Shown here one piece after another: positions 63,369-64,000 of a stretch of 64,000 nt of DNA. A program made the translations under genes and the position numbers. Origin of the DNA: Candidatus Deferrimicrobiaceae bacterium (lineage in GTDB: Bacteria > Desulfobacterota > Deferrimicrobia > Deferrimicrobiales > Deferrimicrobiaceae); NCBI GenBank assembly GCA_963792415.1, contig CAWBVY010000001.1, positions 288,001-352,000 on the forward strand, written 5' to 3'. Within the stretch, counting starts at the first letter, position 1. Each line of letters starts with the position of its first letter. The notes below the pieces were generated by a model. That model saw only the letters and a list, made by a program, of their open reading frames with translations. It was not told the DNA's origin and searched no databases.

Positions 63369-63881
63369 GGAATGGATTCGATTTGATGCTGAAAAGAATT
63401 AGACAGGATAATCAGGATAAACATAAATATTCCTGGCTTTCCAGATGAAAGCCAGGAAGGCACTATCCGCCGCTTCACTCAATGATATTTTGATCTTTCG
63501 CCGAAGGCGATTGAGTTTTGCCTGTTTCATCCGGAAACAGGCAAAGCTAATAATTCAACAGATCCTGTAAATCCCGTCCAATAAAAAATCTTAAAATCGA
63601 ATCCATTCCACTAAAATAAGAACTGGACAGGATAGACAAGATTGTCAGGTTAAATTTCCGGTTTCCAGCCTGCCCGCTGTGTCCTTTTTGGACTTCGGGA
63701 AGAAACCGAAAAACCAACACCCGCTTTCAGCGACAATAATATTTTTCGTATAACTGAAATGGTAGCCCTTCTCCGAAGGCGATTGAATTTTATAACTTTC
63801 TTCAGGAAAGTTATAAACAAAAAAATCCAAAAAATCCTGTAAATCCTGTCCAATAAAAAAACTTAAGATCGAATCCATTCC
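63369..63881. mobile_element. MITE-like element with 16-bp inverted ends, followed by a second related unit
   Basis: GGAATGGATTCGATTT (63369) / AAATCGAATCCATTCC (63594-63609); right end repeated at 63868-63881. Confidence 0.55.
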
Positions 63882-63895
63882 TCCAAGAGAAAAAT

Positions 63896-64000
63896 ATGCA
63901 AATCCCTTTCTTAGATCTCAAAGCCCAATACAAACAAATCGAGTCTGAAGTCGTCCCCGCCGTCACCGAAGCCATGGCCACCGGTATGTTCATCGGCGGC
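63896..64000 (+). CDS. DegT/DnrJ/EryC1/StrS aminotransferase (3' truncated by window edge)
   Basis: MQIPFLDLKAQY..I..E........G.FIGG. Confidence 0.8.
   Translation, partial: MQIPFLDLKAQYKQIESEVVPAVTEAMATGMFIGG

Overview
Bases ~1-59,390 are high-GC DNA in a deltaproteobacterial style. They carry sdhAB, cbiM, carB, SOD, an ImcH/NapC-like multiheme cytochrome, dinB, lipA/lipB, two 2-oxoacid dehydrogenase gene sets, an acyl-CoA catabolic cluster (Liv-type ABC transporter, SDR, CoA ligase, AbfD-like dehydratase, ALDH), lpxH, a CsgG/DUF4810/DUF799 operon, a subtilase locus, two TA modules and uxs. From ~59,400 the DNA is lower GC and repeat-rich, with capsule/EPS genes (GumC/Wzc-like, CpsD/CapB, DegT). 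The top candidate novelty is at 11.6-17.0 kb. An intact tRNA-Leu(GAG) is followed by five tandem copies of its own 3' end. Most copies come with a hairpin and an AGCCAC direct-repeat module, and together they partition 0.7-1.6 kb integrase-free cassettes with mostly metal/redox cargo, like an integron anchored on a tRNA. Second, there are three ORF6N gene copies with a shared upstream region, two of them split internally by different toxin-antitoxin modules. Several single-base frameshifts in conserved genes may be sequencing errors. All family calls come from motif recognition by eye, not database searches.
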